Part shown: positions 12,573 through 25,472 of the stretch, piece after piece
How positions within the stretch are numbered: position 1 is the first letter of the stretch
Layout of the letters: each line of letters begins with the position of its first letter
Origin: Escherichia coli
GTDB lineage: Bacteria; Pseudomonadota; Gammaproteobacteria; Enterobacterales; Enterobacteriaceae
Reading direction: 5' to 3' (one strand)
DNA length: 64,000 nt
Assembly (NCBI RefSeq): GCF_030013595.1
Contig: NZ_CP122768.1
The notes under the pieces: generated by a model
Seen by the model: the letters and a program-made list of their open reading frames with translations, nothing else
Database searches by the model: none
Told to the model about the DNA's origin: nothing
Program-made: the position numbers and the translations under genes

Positions 12573-13025
12573 TTGTCCACATTAGAGCAAAAATTAACAG
12601 AGATGATTACTGCGCCAGTTGAGGCCCTGGGTTTTGAACTGGTTGGCATCGAATTTATTCGCGGTCGCACATCCACACTGCGCATCTATATTGATAGTGA
12701 AGATGGCATCAATGTTGATGATTGTGCTGATGTGAGCCACCAGGTAAGTGCTGTGCTGGATGTTGAAGATCCCATCACCGTTGCTTATAACCTGGAAGTC
12801 TCCTCACCGGGTCTCGATCGCCCACTGTTCACGGCTGAACACTACGCCCGTTTCGTCGGAGAAGAGGTGACTCTGGTTCTCCGCATGGCGGTACAAAACC
12901 GTCGTAAATGGCAGGGCGTTATCAAAGCGGTAGACGGTGAAATGATCACAGTTACCGTCGAAGGTAAAGATGAAGTGTTCGCGCTGAGTAATATCCAGAA
13001 GGCGAACCTGGTTCCCCACTTTTAA
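12573..13025 (+). CDS. rimP: Ribosome maturation factor RimP
   Basis: Start placed at the TTG giving (M)[11 protein letters not shown] (150 aa); first gene of the nusA-infB operon. Confidence 0.88.
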
Positions 13026-13052
13026 TAGTCTGGATGAGGTGAAAAGCCCGCG

Positions 13053-14540
<1,488 letters not shown>

Positions 14541-14564
14541 TAAACTGTAGCAGGAAGGAACAGC

Positions 14565-17237
14565 ATGACAGATGTAACGATTAAAACGCTGGCCGCAGAG
14601 CGACAGACCTCCGTGGAACGCCTGGTACAGCAATTTGCTGATGCAGGTATCCGGAAGTCTGCTGACGACTCTGTGTCCGCACAAGAGAAACAGACTTTGA
14701 TTGACCACCTGAATCAGAAAAATTCAGGCCCGGACAAATTGACGCTGCAACGTAAAACACGCAGCACCCTTAACATTCCTGGTACCGGTGGAAAAAGCAA
14801 ATCGGTACAAATCGAAGTCCGCAAGAAACGCACCTTTGTGAAACGCGATCCGCAAGAGGCTGAACGCCTTGCTGCGGAAGAGCAAGCGCAGCGTGAAGCG
14901 GAAGAGCAAGCCCGTCGTGAGGCAGAAGAATCGGCCAAACGTGAGGCGCAACAAAAAGCTGAACGTGAGGCCGCAGAACAAGCTAAGCGTGAAGCTGCTG
15001 AACAAGCGAAACGTGAAGCTGCGGAAAAAGACAAAGTGAGCAATCAACAAGACGATATGACTAAAAACGCCCAGGCTGAAAAAGCCCGCCGTGAGCAGGA
15101 AGCTGCAGAGCTCAAGCGTAAAGCCGAAGAAGAAGCGCGTCGTAAACTCGAAGAAGAAGCACGTCGCGTTGCTGAAGAAGCACGTCGTATGGCGGAAGAA
15201 AACAAATGGACTGATAACGCGGAACCGACTGAAGATTCCAGCGATTATCACGTCACTACTTCTCAACATGCTCGCCAGGCAGAAGACGAAAGCGATCGTG
15301 AAGTCGAAGGCGGCCGTGGCCGTGGTCGTAACGCGAAAGCTGCGCGTCCGAAGAAAGGCAACAAACACGCTGAATCAAAAGCTGATCGTGAAGAAGCACG
15401 CGCAGCAGTACGTGGCGGTAAAGGCGGAAAACGTAAAGGTTCTTCGCTGCAGCAAGGCTTCCAGAAGCCTGTTCAGGCCGTTAACCGTGACGTTGTGATC
15501 GGCGAAACCATCACCGTTGGCGAACTGGCGAACAAGATGGCGGTTAAAGGCTCTCAGGTCATCAAAGCGATGATGAAACTGGGCGCAATGGCAACCATCA
15601 ACCAGGTTATCGATCAGGAAACCGCACAGCTGGTTGCCGAAGAGATGGGCCACAAAGTTATCCTGCGTCGTGAAAACGAGCTGGAAGAAGCGGTAATGAG
15701 CGACCGTGACACGGGTGCAGCGGCTGAACCGCGCGCGCCGGTTGTGACCATCATGGGTCACGTTGACCACGGTAAAACCTCTCTGCTGGACTACATTCGT
15801 TCAACGAAAGTGGCCTCTGGCGAAGCGGGCGGCATTACCCAGCACATTGGTGCATACCACGTTGAAACTGAAAACGGCATGATCACCTTCCTGGACACCC
15901 CGGGGCACGCCGCGTTTACTTCAATGCGTGCTCGTGGTGCGCAGGCAACGGACATCGTAGTCCTGGTTGTTGCTGCCGACGACGGCGTCATGCCGCAGAC
16001 CATCGAAGCAATCCAGCACGCGAAAGCGGCGCAGGTTCCGGTGGTCGTTGCAGTGAACAAGATCGATAAACCAGAAGCCGATCCGGATCGCGTTAAGAAC
16101 GAACTCTCCCAGTACGGCATCCTGCCGGAAGAGTGGGGCGGTGAAAGCCAGTTCGTACATGTGTCTGCGAAAGCGGGTACTGGTATCGATGAGCTGCTGG
16201 ACGCTATCCTGCTGCAGGCGGAAGTTCTGGAACTGAAAGCGGTACGTAAAGGCATGGCGAGCGGTGCGGTTATCGAATCCTTCCTCGATAAAGGTCGTGG
16301 TCCGGTTGCTACCGTTCTGGTACGTGAAGGTACTCTGCACAAGGGCGATATCGTTTTGTGTGGCTTCGAATACGGTCGTGTTCGTGCGATGCGTAACGAA
16401 CTGGGTCAGGAAGTGCTGGAAGCGGGTCCGTCCATTCCGGTGGAAATCCTCGGCCTGTCCGGCGTTCCGGCTGCGGGTGATGAAGTTACCGTTGTACGTG
16501 ACGAGAAGAAAGCGCGTGAAGTTGCACTCTATCGTCAGGGTAAATTCCGCGAAGTTAAACTGGCGCGTCAGCAGAAATCTAAACTCGAGAACATGTTCGC
16601 CAACATGACCGAAGGCGAAGTTCACGAAGTGAATATCGTCCTGAAGGCAGACGTACAGGGTTCTGTGGAAGCTATCTCCGACTCCTTGCTGAAACTGTCT
16701 ACTGACGAAGTTAAAGTGAAGATCATCGGTTCTGGCGTAGGTGGCATCACCGAAACCGACGCTACCCTGGCTGCGGCGTCCAACGCCATCCTGGTTGGCT
16801 TCAACGTACGTGCTGATGCCTCTGCACGTAAAGTGATTGAAGCGGAAAGCCTGGATCTGCGTTACTACTCCGTCATCTATAACCTGATCGACGAAGTGAA
16901 AGCGGCAATGAGCGGTATGCTGTCTCCGGAACTGAAACAGCAGATTATCGGTCTGGCGGAAGTTCGTGACGTGTTCAAATCGCCGAAATTTGGTGCCATC
17001 GCAGGCTGTATGGTTACCGAAGGTGTGGTTAAACGTCACAACCCGATCCGCGTTCTGCGCGACAACGTGGTTATCTACGAAGGCGAGCTGGAGTCCCTGC
17101 GCCGCTTCAAAGATGACGTTAACGAAGTCCGTAACGGTATGGAATGTGGTATCGGCGTTAAGAACTACAACGACGTCCGCACTGGCGATGTGATCGAAGT
17201 ATTCGAAATCATCGAAATCCAACGTACCATCGCTTAA
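14565..17237 (+). CDS. infB: Translation initiation factor IF-2
   Basis: 890-aa ORF; G-domain motifs GHVDHGKTS and DTPGH; charged repetitive N-terminal region. Confidence 0.95.
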   Translation: MTDVTIKTLAAERQTSVERLVQQFADAGIRKSADDSVSAQEKQTLIDHLNQKNSGPDKLTLQRKTRSTLNIPGTGGKSKSVQIEVRKKRTFVKRDPQEAERLAAEEQAQREAEEQARREAEESAKREAQQKAEREAAEQAKREAAEQAKREAAEKDKVSNQQDDMTKNAQAEKARREQEAAELKRKAEEEARRKLEEEARRVAEEARRMAEENKWTDNAEPTEDSSDYHVTTSQHARQAEDESDREVEGGRGRGRNAKAARPKKGNKHAESKADREEARAAVRGGKGGKRKGSSLQQGFQKPVQAVNRDVVIGETITVGELANKMAVKGSQVIKAMMKLGAMATINQVIDQETAQLVAEEMGHKVILRRENELEEAVMSDRDTGAAAEPRAPVVTIMGHVDHGKTSLLDYIRSTKVASGEAGGITQHIGAYHVETENGMITFLDTPGHAAFTSMRARGAQATDIVVLVVAADDGVMPQTIEAIQHAKAAQVPVVVAVNKIDKPEADPDRVKNELSQYGILPEEWGGESQFVHVSAKAGTGIDELLDAILLQAEVLELKAVRKGMASGAVIESFLDKGRGPVATVLVREGTLHKGDIVLCGFEYGRVRAMRNELGQEVLEAGPSIPVEILGLSGVPAAGDEVTVVRDEKKAREVALYRQGKFREVKLARQQKSKLENMFANMTEGEVHEVNIVLKADVQGSVEAISDSLLKLSTDEVKVKIIGSGVGGITETDATLAAASNAILVGFNVRADASARKVIEAESLDLRYYSVIYNLIDEVKAAMSGMLSPELKQQIIGLAEVRDVFKSPKFGAIAGCMVTEGVVKRHNPIRVLRDNVVIYEGELESLRRFKDDVNEVRNGMECGIGVKNYNDVRTGDVIEVFEIIEIQRTIA

Positions 17238-17249
17238 GGTTTTTAGGGT

Positions 17250-17330
17250 TCCATGCGGGATAAGGCGTTTACGCCGCATCCGGCATGGATTGCCTGATGC
17301 GACGCTGGCGCGTCTTATCAGGCCAACGTG
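17250..17330. repeat. REP/BIME-type palindromic units between infB and rbfA
   Basis: gcgggataaggcgtttacgccgcatccggca ... tgcctgatgcgacgctggcgcgtcttatcaggcc; characteristic GCCGGATG/CTTATCAGGCC REP signature. Confidence 0.5.
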
Positions 17331-17400
17331 AACAGCCCTTCCACCTGAAATTAATTTTAAAAAGGGGCTAACAGCCCCTTTTTTGTCAGGAGAATTTATT

Positions 17401-17802
17401 ATGGCGAAAGAATTTGGTCGCCCGCAGCGTGTAGCGCAGGAAATGCAAAAAGAGATCGCTCTCATCCTGCAGCGTGAAATTAAAGATCCTCGTCTGGGCA
17501 TGATGACCACCGTTTCCGGTGTCGAAATGTCTCGCGACCTGGCGTATGCCAAAGTATATGTAACGTTCCTCAACGACAAAGATGAAGATGCGGTTAAAGC
17601 GGGCATCAAAGCGTTGCAGGAAGCTTCTGGTTTCATCCGCAGCCTGCTGGGTAAAGCGATGCGCTTGCGTATCGTGCCGGAACTGACCTTCTTCTACGAC
17701 AACTCGCTGGTTGAAGGGATGCGTATGTCAAACCTGGTGACCAGCGTGGTCAAACATGACGAAGAACGTCGTGTTAACCCGGACGACAGCAAGGAGGACT
17801 AA
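17401..17802 (+). CDS. rbfA: Ribosome-binding factor A
   Basis: Start placed at [20 protein letters not shown] (133 aa); its stop overlaps the truB ATG by 1 nt. Confidence 0.93.
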
Positions 17803-18746
17803 TGAGTCGTCCTCGTCGTCGCGGTCGCGACATTAACGGCGTTTTGTTGCTGGATAAACCGCAGGGTATGTCCAGCAACGATGCGCTGCAAAAAGTGAAA
17901 CGGATTTATAACGCCAACCGTGCCGGGCATACCGGTGCGCTGGACCCGCTGGCAACTGGCATGTTGCCAATTTGCCTCGGGGAAGCGACGAAGTTTTCCC
18001 AGTATCTGCTGGACTCCGACAAACGCTATCGGGTGATTGCGCGTCTTGGACAGCGTACCGATACGTCTGACGCCGATGGACAAATCGTTGAAGAACGTCC
18101 GGTAACCTTTAGCGCAGAGCAACTGGCGGCGGCGCTGGATACTTTCCGTGGCGATATCGAACAGATCCCTTCGATGTATTCAGCACTGAAATACCAGGGC
18201 AAAAAACTGTACGAATATGCGCGTCAGGGCATTGAAGTACCGCGTGAAGCGCGCCCGATTACCGTTTATGAATTGCTGTTTATTCGCCACGAAGGCAATG
18301 AGCTGGAGCTGGAAATTCACTGCTCAAAAGGCACTTATATCCGCACCATCATTGATGACCTGGGTGAAAAACTCGGTTGTGGCGCGCATGTTATTTACCT
18401 GCGTCGTCTGGCGGTAAGTAAATATCCGGTTGAACGGATGGTGACCCTGGAACATCTGCGTGAACTGGTTGAACAAGCCGAACAGCAGGATATTCCAGCC
18501 GCGGAGTTACTTGATCCATTACTGATGCCAATGGACAGTCCAGCTTCGGACTACCCGGTGGTGAATCTTCCGTTAACGTCTTCTGTTTACTTCAAAAATG
18601 GTAACCCGGTTCGTACATCCGGTGCGCCGCTGGAAGGACTGGTTCGCGTTACAGAAGGTGAGAACGGCAAGTTTATCGGTATGGGCGAAATTGACGATGA
18701 AGGCCGCGTCGCGCCTCGTCGCCTGGTGGTTGAATACCCGGCGTAA
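17802..18746 (+). CDS. truB: tRNA pseudouridine-55 synthase
   Basis: 314-aa ORF; catalytic-Asp region [11 protein letters not shown]. Confidence 0.95.
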
Positions 18747-18798
18747 TGTTAACCGTCTTGCGATAACAGGTCGCTACGAGTAGAATACTGCCGCTTAA

Positions 18799-19164
<366 letters not shown>

Positions 19165-19180
19165 TTCTTGCGAGTTTCAG

Positions 19181-19208
19181 AAAAGGGGGCCTGAGTGGCC
19201 CCTTTTTT
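19181..19208 (+). terminator. rpsO terminator
   Basis: aaaagggggcc-tgagt-ggcccctttttt. Confidence 0.65.
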
Positions 19209-19211
19209 CAA

Positions 19212-19410
19212 GCTGACGGCAGCAATTCACTGGAAACTAATGTATTGTTGCTATGAATGATCTTCCGTTGCAGAGGTTCGCGCGGCTAATGAGAGGCTTT
19301 ACCCACATTGGGCTGGGTTAGGGTTGTCATTAGTCGCGAGGATGCGCAGAAGATCGGGTATTAACACCAGTGCCGTAAGGTACTGTCTAAGAAAGAGAAA
19401 GGATATTACA
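19212..19410 (+). promoter_or_regulatory. pnp promoter and 5' leader (autoregulatory, RNase III-processed region expected here)
   Basis: 199-nt untranslated region between the rpsO terminator and the pnp start; the function is from established knowledge of the rpsO-pnp locus, the processing site itself was not mapped. Confidence 0.4.
19215..19390 (-). ncRNA. sraG: Possible SraG/PsrO-type antisense sRNA opposite the pnp leader
   Basis: Location only; an sRNA divergent from pnp is described at this locus in K-12, but I could not verify its sequence or ends. Confidence 0.25.
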
Positions 19411-21546
19411 TTGCTTAATCCGATCGTTCGTAAATTCCAGTACGGCCAACACACCGTGACTCTGGAAACCGGCATGATGGCTCGTCAGGCTACTGCCGCT
19501 GTTATGGTTAGCATGGATGACACCGCGGTATTCGTTACCGTTGTTGGCCAGAAAAAAGCCAAACCAGGTCAGGACTTCTTCCCACTGACCGTTAACTATC
19601 AGGAGCGTACCTACGCTGCTGGTCGTATCCCGGGTAGCTTCTTCCGTCGTGAAGGCCGCCCAAGCGAAGGCGAAACCCTGATCGCGCGTCTGATTGACCG
19701 CCCGATTCGCCCGCTGTTCCCGGAAGGCTTCGTCAACGAAGTTCAGGTTATCGCCACCGTGGTTTCTGTTAACCCGCAGGTTAACCCGGATATCGTCGCG
19801 ATGATTGGTGCTTCCGCAGCACTGTCTCTGTCTGGTATTCCGTTCAATGGTCCGATTGGTGCTGCCCGCGTAGGTTACATCAATGACCAGTATGTACTGA
19901 ACCCGACTCAGGACGAGCTGAAAGAGAGCAAACTGGATCTGGTTGTTGCGGGTACTGAAGCCGCTGTACTGATGGTTGAATCTGAAGCTGAACTGCTGAG
20001 CGAAGACCAGATGCTGGGCGCAGTAGTGTTCGGTCATGAACAACAGCAGGTTGTTATTCAGAACATCAATGAACTGGTGAAAGAAGCCGGTAAACCGCGT
20101 TGGGACTGGCAGCCGGAGCCGGTAAACGAAGCGCTGAACGCGCGCGTTGCTGCACTGGCTGAAGCTCGTCTGAGCGATGCTTACCGCATCACCGACAAAC
20201 AAGACCGTTATGCGCAGGTTGATGTCATCAAATCTGAAACCATCGCGACGCTGCTTGCTGAAGATGAAACCCTGGACGAAAACGAACTGGGTGAAATTCT
20301 GCACGCTATCGAGAAAAACGTTGTTCGTAGCCGCGTACTGGCAGGCGAACCGCGTATCGACGGTCGTGAAAAAGATATGATTCGTGGTCTGGATGTGCGT
20401 ACTGGCGTGCTGCCGCGTACTCACGGTTCTGCGCTGTTCACCCGTGGTGAAACGCAGGCACTGGTTACTGCAACGCTGGGTACCGCTCGTGACGCACAGG
20501 TTCTTGATGAACTGATGGGCGAACGTACCGACACCTTCCTGTTCCACTACAACTTCCCTCCGTACTCCGTAGGCGAAACCGGCATGGTCGGTTCTCCGAA
20601 ACGTCGTGAAATTGGCCACGGTCGTCTGGCGAAGCGCGGCGTGCTGGCAGTCATGCCGGATATGGACAAATTCCCGTACACCGTACGTGTGGTGTCTGAA
20701 ATCACCGAATCCAACGGTTCCTCTTCTATGGCTTCCGTGTGCGGCGCGTCTCTGGCGCTGATGGACGCAGGTGTGCCAATCAAAGCTGCCGTTGCGGGTA
20801 TCGCAATGGGTCTGGTGAAAGAAGGCGACAACTACGTTGTACTGTCTGACATTTTGGGCGACGAAGATCACCTGGGCGATATGGACTTCAAAGTTGCAGG
20901 TTCCCGCGACGGTATCTCTGCACTGCAGATGGATATCAAAATTGAAGGTATCACCAAAGAGATCATGCAGGTTGCGCTGAACCAGGCTAAAGGTGCGCGT
21001 CTGCATATCCTGGGCGTAATGGAACAGGCGATCAACGCGCCGCGTGGCGATATCTCTGAGTTCGCACCGCGTATCCATACCATCAAGATCAACCCGGACA
21101 AGATCAAAGACGTTATCGGTAAAGGCGGTTCTGTTATCCGTGCTCTGACCGAAGAAACTGGCACCACCATCGAAATCGAAGATGACGGTACTGTGAAAAT
21201 CGCAGCGACCGACGGCGAGAAAGCGAAACATGCTATTCGTCGTATCGAAGAGATCACTGCAGAAATCGAAGTGGGCCGCGTCTACAATGGTAAAGTGACC
21301 CGTATCGTTGACTTTGGCGCATTTGTTGCCATCGGCGGCGGTAAAGAAGGTCTGGTACACATCTCTCAGATCGCTGACAAACGCGTTGAGAAAGTGACCG
21401 ATTACCTGCAGATGGGTCAGGAAGTACCGGTGAAAGTTCTGGAAGTTGATCGCCAGGGCCGTATCCGTCTGAGCATTAAAGAAGCGACTGAGCAGTCTCA
21501 ACCTGCTGCAGCACCGGAAGCTCCGGCTGCTGAACAGGGCGAGTAA
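19411..21546 (+). CDS. pnp: Polynucleotide phosphorylase
   Basis: Start placed at the TTG giving (M)[20 protein letters not shown] (711 aa); RNase PH, KH and S1 domains recognisable. Confidence 0.93.
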   Translation: MLNPIVRKFQYGQHTVTLETGMMARQATAAVMVSMDDTAVFVTVVGQKKAKPGQDFFPLTVNYQERTYAAGRIPGSFFRREGRPSEGETLIARLIDRPIRPLFPEGFVNEVQVIATVVSVNPQVNPDIVAMIGASAALSLSGIPFNGPIGAARVGYINDQYVLNPTQDELKESKLDLVVAGTEAAVLMVESEAELLSEDQMLGAVVFGHEQQQVVIQNINELVKEAGKPRWDWQPEPVNEALNARVAALAEARLSDAYRITDKQDRYAQVDVIKSETIATLLAEDETLDENELGEILHAIEKNVVRSRVLAGEPRIDGREKDMIRGLDVRTGVLPRTHGSALFTRGETQALVTATLGTARDAQVLDELMGERTDTFLFHYNFPPYSVGETGMVGSPKRREIGHGRLAKRGVLAVMPDMDKFPYTVRVVSEITESNGSSSMASVCGASLALMDAGVPIKAAVAGIAMGLVKEGDNYVVLSDILGDEDHLGDMDFKVAGSRDGISALQMDIKIEGITKEIMQVALNQAKGARLHILGVMEQAINAPRGDISEFAPRIHTIKINPDKIKDVIGKGGSVIRALTEETGTTIEIEDDGTVKIAATDGEKAKHAIRRIEEITAEIEVGRVYNGKVTRIVDFGAFVAIGGGKEGLVHISQIADKRVEKVTDYLQMGQEVPVKVLEVDRQGRIRLSIKEATEQSQPAAAPEAPAAEQGE

Positions 21547-21557
21547 GGTTGCCATTT

Positions 21558-21584
21558 GCCCTCCGCTGCGGCGGGGGGCTTTTA
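21558..21584 (+). terminator. Hairpin after pnp
   Basis: ccctccgc-tgcg-gcggggggcttt; a weaker T tract follows. Confidence 0.4.
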
Positions 21585-21654
21585 ACCGGGCAGGACGCCT
21601 TGTTAGCAACCGGGAACAGGACGTTCATTCAACCGTGGTCTTCGGGAGTGGGAA

Positions 21655-22539
21655 ATGAAGCCTTTTTTGCGCTGGTGTTTCGTTGCGACAGCACTTACGC
21701 TTGCAGGATGCAGTAATACTTCCTTGCGTAAAAGTGAAGTCCTCGCGGTACCATTGCAACCGACTTTACAGCAGGAAGTGATTCTGGCACGTATGGAACA
21801 AATCCTTGCCAGTCGGGCTTTAACCGATGACGAACGCGCACAGCTTTTATATGAGCGCGGAGTGTTGTATGATAGTCTCGGTCTGAGGGCATTAGCGCGT
21901 AACGATTTTTCGCAAGCGCTGGCAATCCGACCGGATATGCCTGAAGTATTCAATTACTTAGGCATATATTTAACGCAGGCAGGCAATTTTGATGCTGCCT
22001 ATGAAGCGTTTGATTCTGTACTTGAGCTTGATCCAACTTACAACTACGCGCACTTGAATCGCGGGATCGCATTATATTACGGCGGTCGTGACAAGTTAGC
22101 GCAAGATGATCTGCTGGCGTTTTATCAAGACGATCCCAATGATCCTTTCCGTAGTCTGTGGCTTTATCTCGCCGAGCAGAAGCTCGATGAGAAGCAGGCT
22201 AAAGAAGTGTTGAAACAGCACTTCGAAAAATCGGATAAGGAACAGTGGGGATGGAACATTGTCGAGTTCTACCTGGGCAACATTAGCGAACAAACGTTAA
22301 TGGAAAGGCTCAAGGCGGACGCAACGGATAACACCTCGCTCGCTGAGCATCTCAGTGAAACCAACTTCTATTTAGGTAAGTACTACCTAAGTCTGGGGGA
22401 TTTGGACAGCGCCACGGCACTGTTCAAACTGGCGGTTGCCAACAACGTTCATAACTTTGTTGAGCACCGATACGCATTGTTGGAATTATCGCTCCTGGGC
22501 CAGGACCAAGATGACCTGGCAGAATCGGACCAGCAATAG
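21655..22539 (+). CDS. nlpI: Lipoprotein NlpI (TPR repeats)
   Basis: 294-aa ORF with lipobox LTLAGC and TPR-like repeats. Confidence 0.93.
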   Translation: MKPFLRWCFVATALTLAGCSNTSLRKSEVLAVPLQPTLQQEVILARMEQILASRALTDDERAQLLYERGVLYDSLGLRALARNDFSQALAIRPDMPEVFNYLGIYLTQAGNFDAAYEAFDSVLELDPTYNYAHLNRGIALYYGGRDKLAQDDLLAFYQDDPNDPFRSLWLYLAEQKLDEKQAKEVLKQHFEKSDKEQWGWNIVEFYLGNISEQTLMERLKADATDNTSLAEHLSETNFYLGKYYLSLGDLDSATALFKLAVANNVHNFVEHRYALLELSLLGQDQDDLAESDQQ

Positions 22540-22645
22540 CTGACGTACACATCAGCCCGTAATCTTTTTTGATTGCCATCACCTTAACGGGTGAGGGCGT
22601 TGTTGTTCGTTAATACACCTACTTTGAGCCGGTTCACACTTTTCA

Positions 22646-22726
22646 ATGAAAATTGCTGATCAATTTCATGATGAGTTATGTAGACTGGCCGCCATTAATT
22701 TTGAGGCACACGTACTACATGGCTGA
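22646..22726 (+). CDS. yrbN: 26-codon small ORF in the deaD leader, overlapping the deaD start (YrbN-like)
   Basis: atg aaa att gct gat ... cat ggc tga = [26 protein letters not shown]; matches my recollection of the 26-aa K-12 small protein YrbN; below the ORF-track length cutoff. Confidence 0.45.
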
Positions 22727-24608
22727 ATTCGAAACCACTTTTGCAGATCTGGGCCTGAAGGCTCCTATCCTTGAAGCCCTTAACGATCTGGGTTACGAAA
22801 AACCATCTCCAATTCAGGCAGAGTGTATTCCACATCTGCTGAATGGCCGCGACGTCCTGGGTATGGCCCAGACGGGGAGCGGAAAAACTGCAGCATTCTC
22901 TTTACCTCTGCTGCAGAATCTTGATCCTGAGCTGAAAGCACCACAGATTCTGGTGTTGGCACCGACCCGCGAACTGGCGGTACAGGTTGCTGAGGCAATG
23001 ACGGATTTCTCTAAACACATGCGCGGCGTAAACGTGGTTGCCCTGTACGGCGGCCAGCGTTATGACGTGCAATTACGCGCCCTGCGTCAGGGGCCGCAGA
23101 TCGTTGTCGGTACTCCGGGCCGTCTGCTGGATCACCTGAAACGTGGCACTCTGGACCTTTCTAAACTGAGCGGTCTGGTTCTGGATGAAGCTGACGAAAT
23201 GCTGCGCATGGGCTTCATCGAAGACGTTGAAACTATTATGGCGCAGATCCCGGAAGGTCATCAGACCGCTCTGTTCTCTGCAACCATGCCGGAAGCGATT
23301 CGTCGCATAACCCGCCGCTTTATGAAAGAGCCGCAGGAAGTGCGCATTCAGTCCAGCGTGACTACCCGTCCTGACATCAGCCAGAGCTACTGGACCGTCT
23401 GGGGTATGCGTAAAAACGAAGCACTGGTACGTTTCCTGGAAGCGGAAGATTTTGATGCGGCGATTATCTTCGTTCGTACCAAAAACGCGACTCTGGAAGT
23501 GGCTGAAGCTCTTGAGCGTAACGGCTACAACAGCGCCGCGCTGAACGGTGACATGAACCAGGCGCTGCGTGAACAGACTCTGGAACGCCTGAAAGACGGT
23601 CGTCTGGACATCCTGATTGCGACCGACGTTGCGGCCCGTGGCCTGGACGTTGAGCGTATCAGCCTGGTGGTTAACTACGATATCCCGATGGATTCTGAGT
23701 CTTACGTTCACCGTATCGGTCGTACCGGTCGTGCGGGTCGTGCTGGCCGCGCGCTGCTGTTCGTTGAGAACCGCGAGCGTCGTCTGCTGCGCAACATTGA
23801 ACGTACTATGAAGCTGACTATTCCGGAAGTAGAACTGCCGAACGCAGAACTGCTGGGCAAACGCCGTCTGGAAAAATTCGCCGCTAAAGTACAGCAGCAG
23901 CTGGAAAGCAGCGATCTGGATCAATACCGCGCACTGCTGAGCAAAATTCAGCCGACGGCAGAAGGTGAAGAGCTGGATCTCGAAACTCTGGCCGCCGCAC
24001 TGCTGAAAATGGCACAGGGTGAACGTACTCTGATTGTTCCGCCAGATGCGCCGATGCGTCCGAAACGTGAATTCCGTGACCGTGATGACCGTGGTCCGCG
24101 CGATCGTAACGACCGTGGCCCGCGTGGTGACCGTGAAGATCGTCCGCGTCGTGAACGTCGTGATGTTGGCGATATGCAGCTGTACCGCATTGAAGTGGGC
24201 CGCGATGATGGTGTTGAAGTTCGTCATATCGTTGGCGCGATTGCTAACGAAGGTGACATCAGCAGCCGTTACATCGGTAACATCAAGCTGTTTGCTTCTC
24301 ACTCCACCATCGAACTGCCGAAAGGTATGCCGGGTGAAGTACTGCAACACTTTACGCGCACTCGCATTCTCAACAAGCCGATGAACATGCAGTTACTGGG
24401 CGATGCACAGCCGCATACTGGCGGTGAGCGTCGTGGCGGTGGTCGTGGTTTCAGTGGCGAACGTCGTGAAGGCGGTCGTAACTTCAGCGGTGAACGCCGT
24501 GAAGGTGGTCGTGGTGATGGTCGTCGTTTTAGCGGCGAACGTCGTGAAGGCCGCGCTCCGCGTCGTGATGACTCTACCGGTCGTCGTCGTTTCGGTGGTG
24601 ATGCGTAA
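22719..24608 (+). CDS. deaD: Cold-shock DEAD-box RNA helicase DeaD (CsdA)
   Basis: Start placed at [13 protein letters not shown] (629 aa); motifs [28 protein letters not shown] repeats in the C-terminal tail. Confidence 0.93.
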
Positions 24609-24651
24609 TCATCGCTGAACAGCGAACACAATCTGTAAAATAATATATACA

Positions 24652-24681
24652 GCCCCGATTTTTACCATCGGGGCTTTTTTG
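24652..24681 (+). terminator. deaD terminator
   Basis: agccccgat-ttttacc-atcggggctttttt. Confidence 0.6.
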
Positions 24682-24685
24682 TGCA

Positions 24686-25392
24686 CAGAAAACCCCCAGC
24701 TAGGCTGGGGGTTCCGGAAAGCTTTCAGCTTTGAGCCAGTTATTAAAACCCCTTTTGATTTGTTAAAACACCTTGCGGTCTGGCAACTGCAAGTGTCAAA
24801 CAAGAAATCAAAAGGGGGTCCCAATGGGGGACGAAAAGAGCTTAGCGCACACCCGCTGGAACTGTAAATATCACATAGTTTTTGCGCCGAAATACCGAAG
24901 ACTGGCGTTTTACGGAGAGAAGCGTAGGGCGATAGGCAGTATTTTGAGAAAGCTGTGTGAGTGGAAAAGCGTACGGATTCTGGAAGCAGAGTGCTGCGCA
25001 GATCATATCCATATGCTTGTGGAAATCCCACCCAAAATGAGCGTATCCGGCTTTATGGGATATCTGAAAGGGAAAAGCAGTCTGATGCTTTACGAGCAGT
25101 TTGGGGATTTGAAATTCAAATACAGAAACAGGGAGTTCTGGTGCCGAGGGTACTATGTCGATACGGTGGGTAAGAACACGGCGAAGATACAGGACTACAT
25201 AAAGCACCAGCTTGAAGAGGATAAAATGGGGGAGCAGTTATCGATTCCATATCCGGGCAGCCCGTTTACGGGCCGTAAGTAACGAAGTTGAATGCAAATG
25301 TCAGATCGTATGCGCCTGTTAGGGCGCGGCTGGTAACAGAGCCTTACAGGCGCATTTGAAAAACCTCCGGCTATGCCGGAGGATATTTATTC
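24686..25392 (+). mobile_element. IS200 insertion sequence (IS200/IS605 family), about 0.7 kb, boundaries approximate
   Basis: Contains an intact 152-aa TnpA nearly identical to my recollection of Salmonella IS200 TnpA; a perfect hairpin ccccagc-tag-gctgggg (24694-24712) and a second stem ccccttttgatt...aatcaaaagggg that would sequester the tnpA RBS are the IS200 left-end hallmarks; no terminal inverted repeats, as expected for this family. Confidence 0.8.
24824..25282 (+). CDS. tnpA: IS200 transposase TnpA (HUH Y1 single-strand transposase)
   Basis: MGDEKSLAHTRWNCKYHIVFAPKYRR...HIHMLVEIPP...: HxH (HUH) motif and catalytic Tyr region; 152 aa. Confidence 0.9.
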   Translation: MGDEKSLAHTRWNCKYHIVFAPKYRRLAFYGEKRRAIGSILRKLCEWKSVRILEAECCADHIHMLVEIPPKMSVSGFMGYLKGKSSLMLYEQFGDLKFKYRNREFWCRGYYVDTVGKNTAKIQDYIKHQLEEDKMGEQLSIPYPGSPFTGRK

Positions 25393-25400
25393 CTGTCTTT

Positions 25401-25423
25401 TGTACTCATGTACTGGTACAGTG
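25401..25423 (+). promoter_or_regulatory. TrpR-operator-like element at the mtr promoter
   Basis: tGTACTcatGTACTGGTACAGtg; repeated GTAC half-sites resemble the CTAG/GTAC-based TrpR operator, about 50-70 bp upstream of the mtr ATG; mtr is a known TrpR/TyrR target. Confidence 0.4.
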
Positions 25424-25472
25424 CAATGCATAACAACGCAGTCGCACTATTTTTCACTGGAGAGAAGCCCTC

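Noticed and set aside
14714-15368. Two overlapping minus-strand ORFs (109 and 214 aa) inside the infB 5' region
   Set aside because: They arise from the tandem charged-repeat coding DNA of infB; the translations are repetitive SAASR/F-rich strings.
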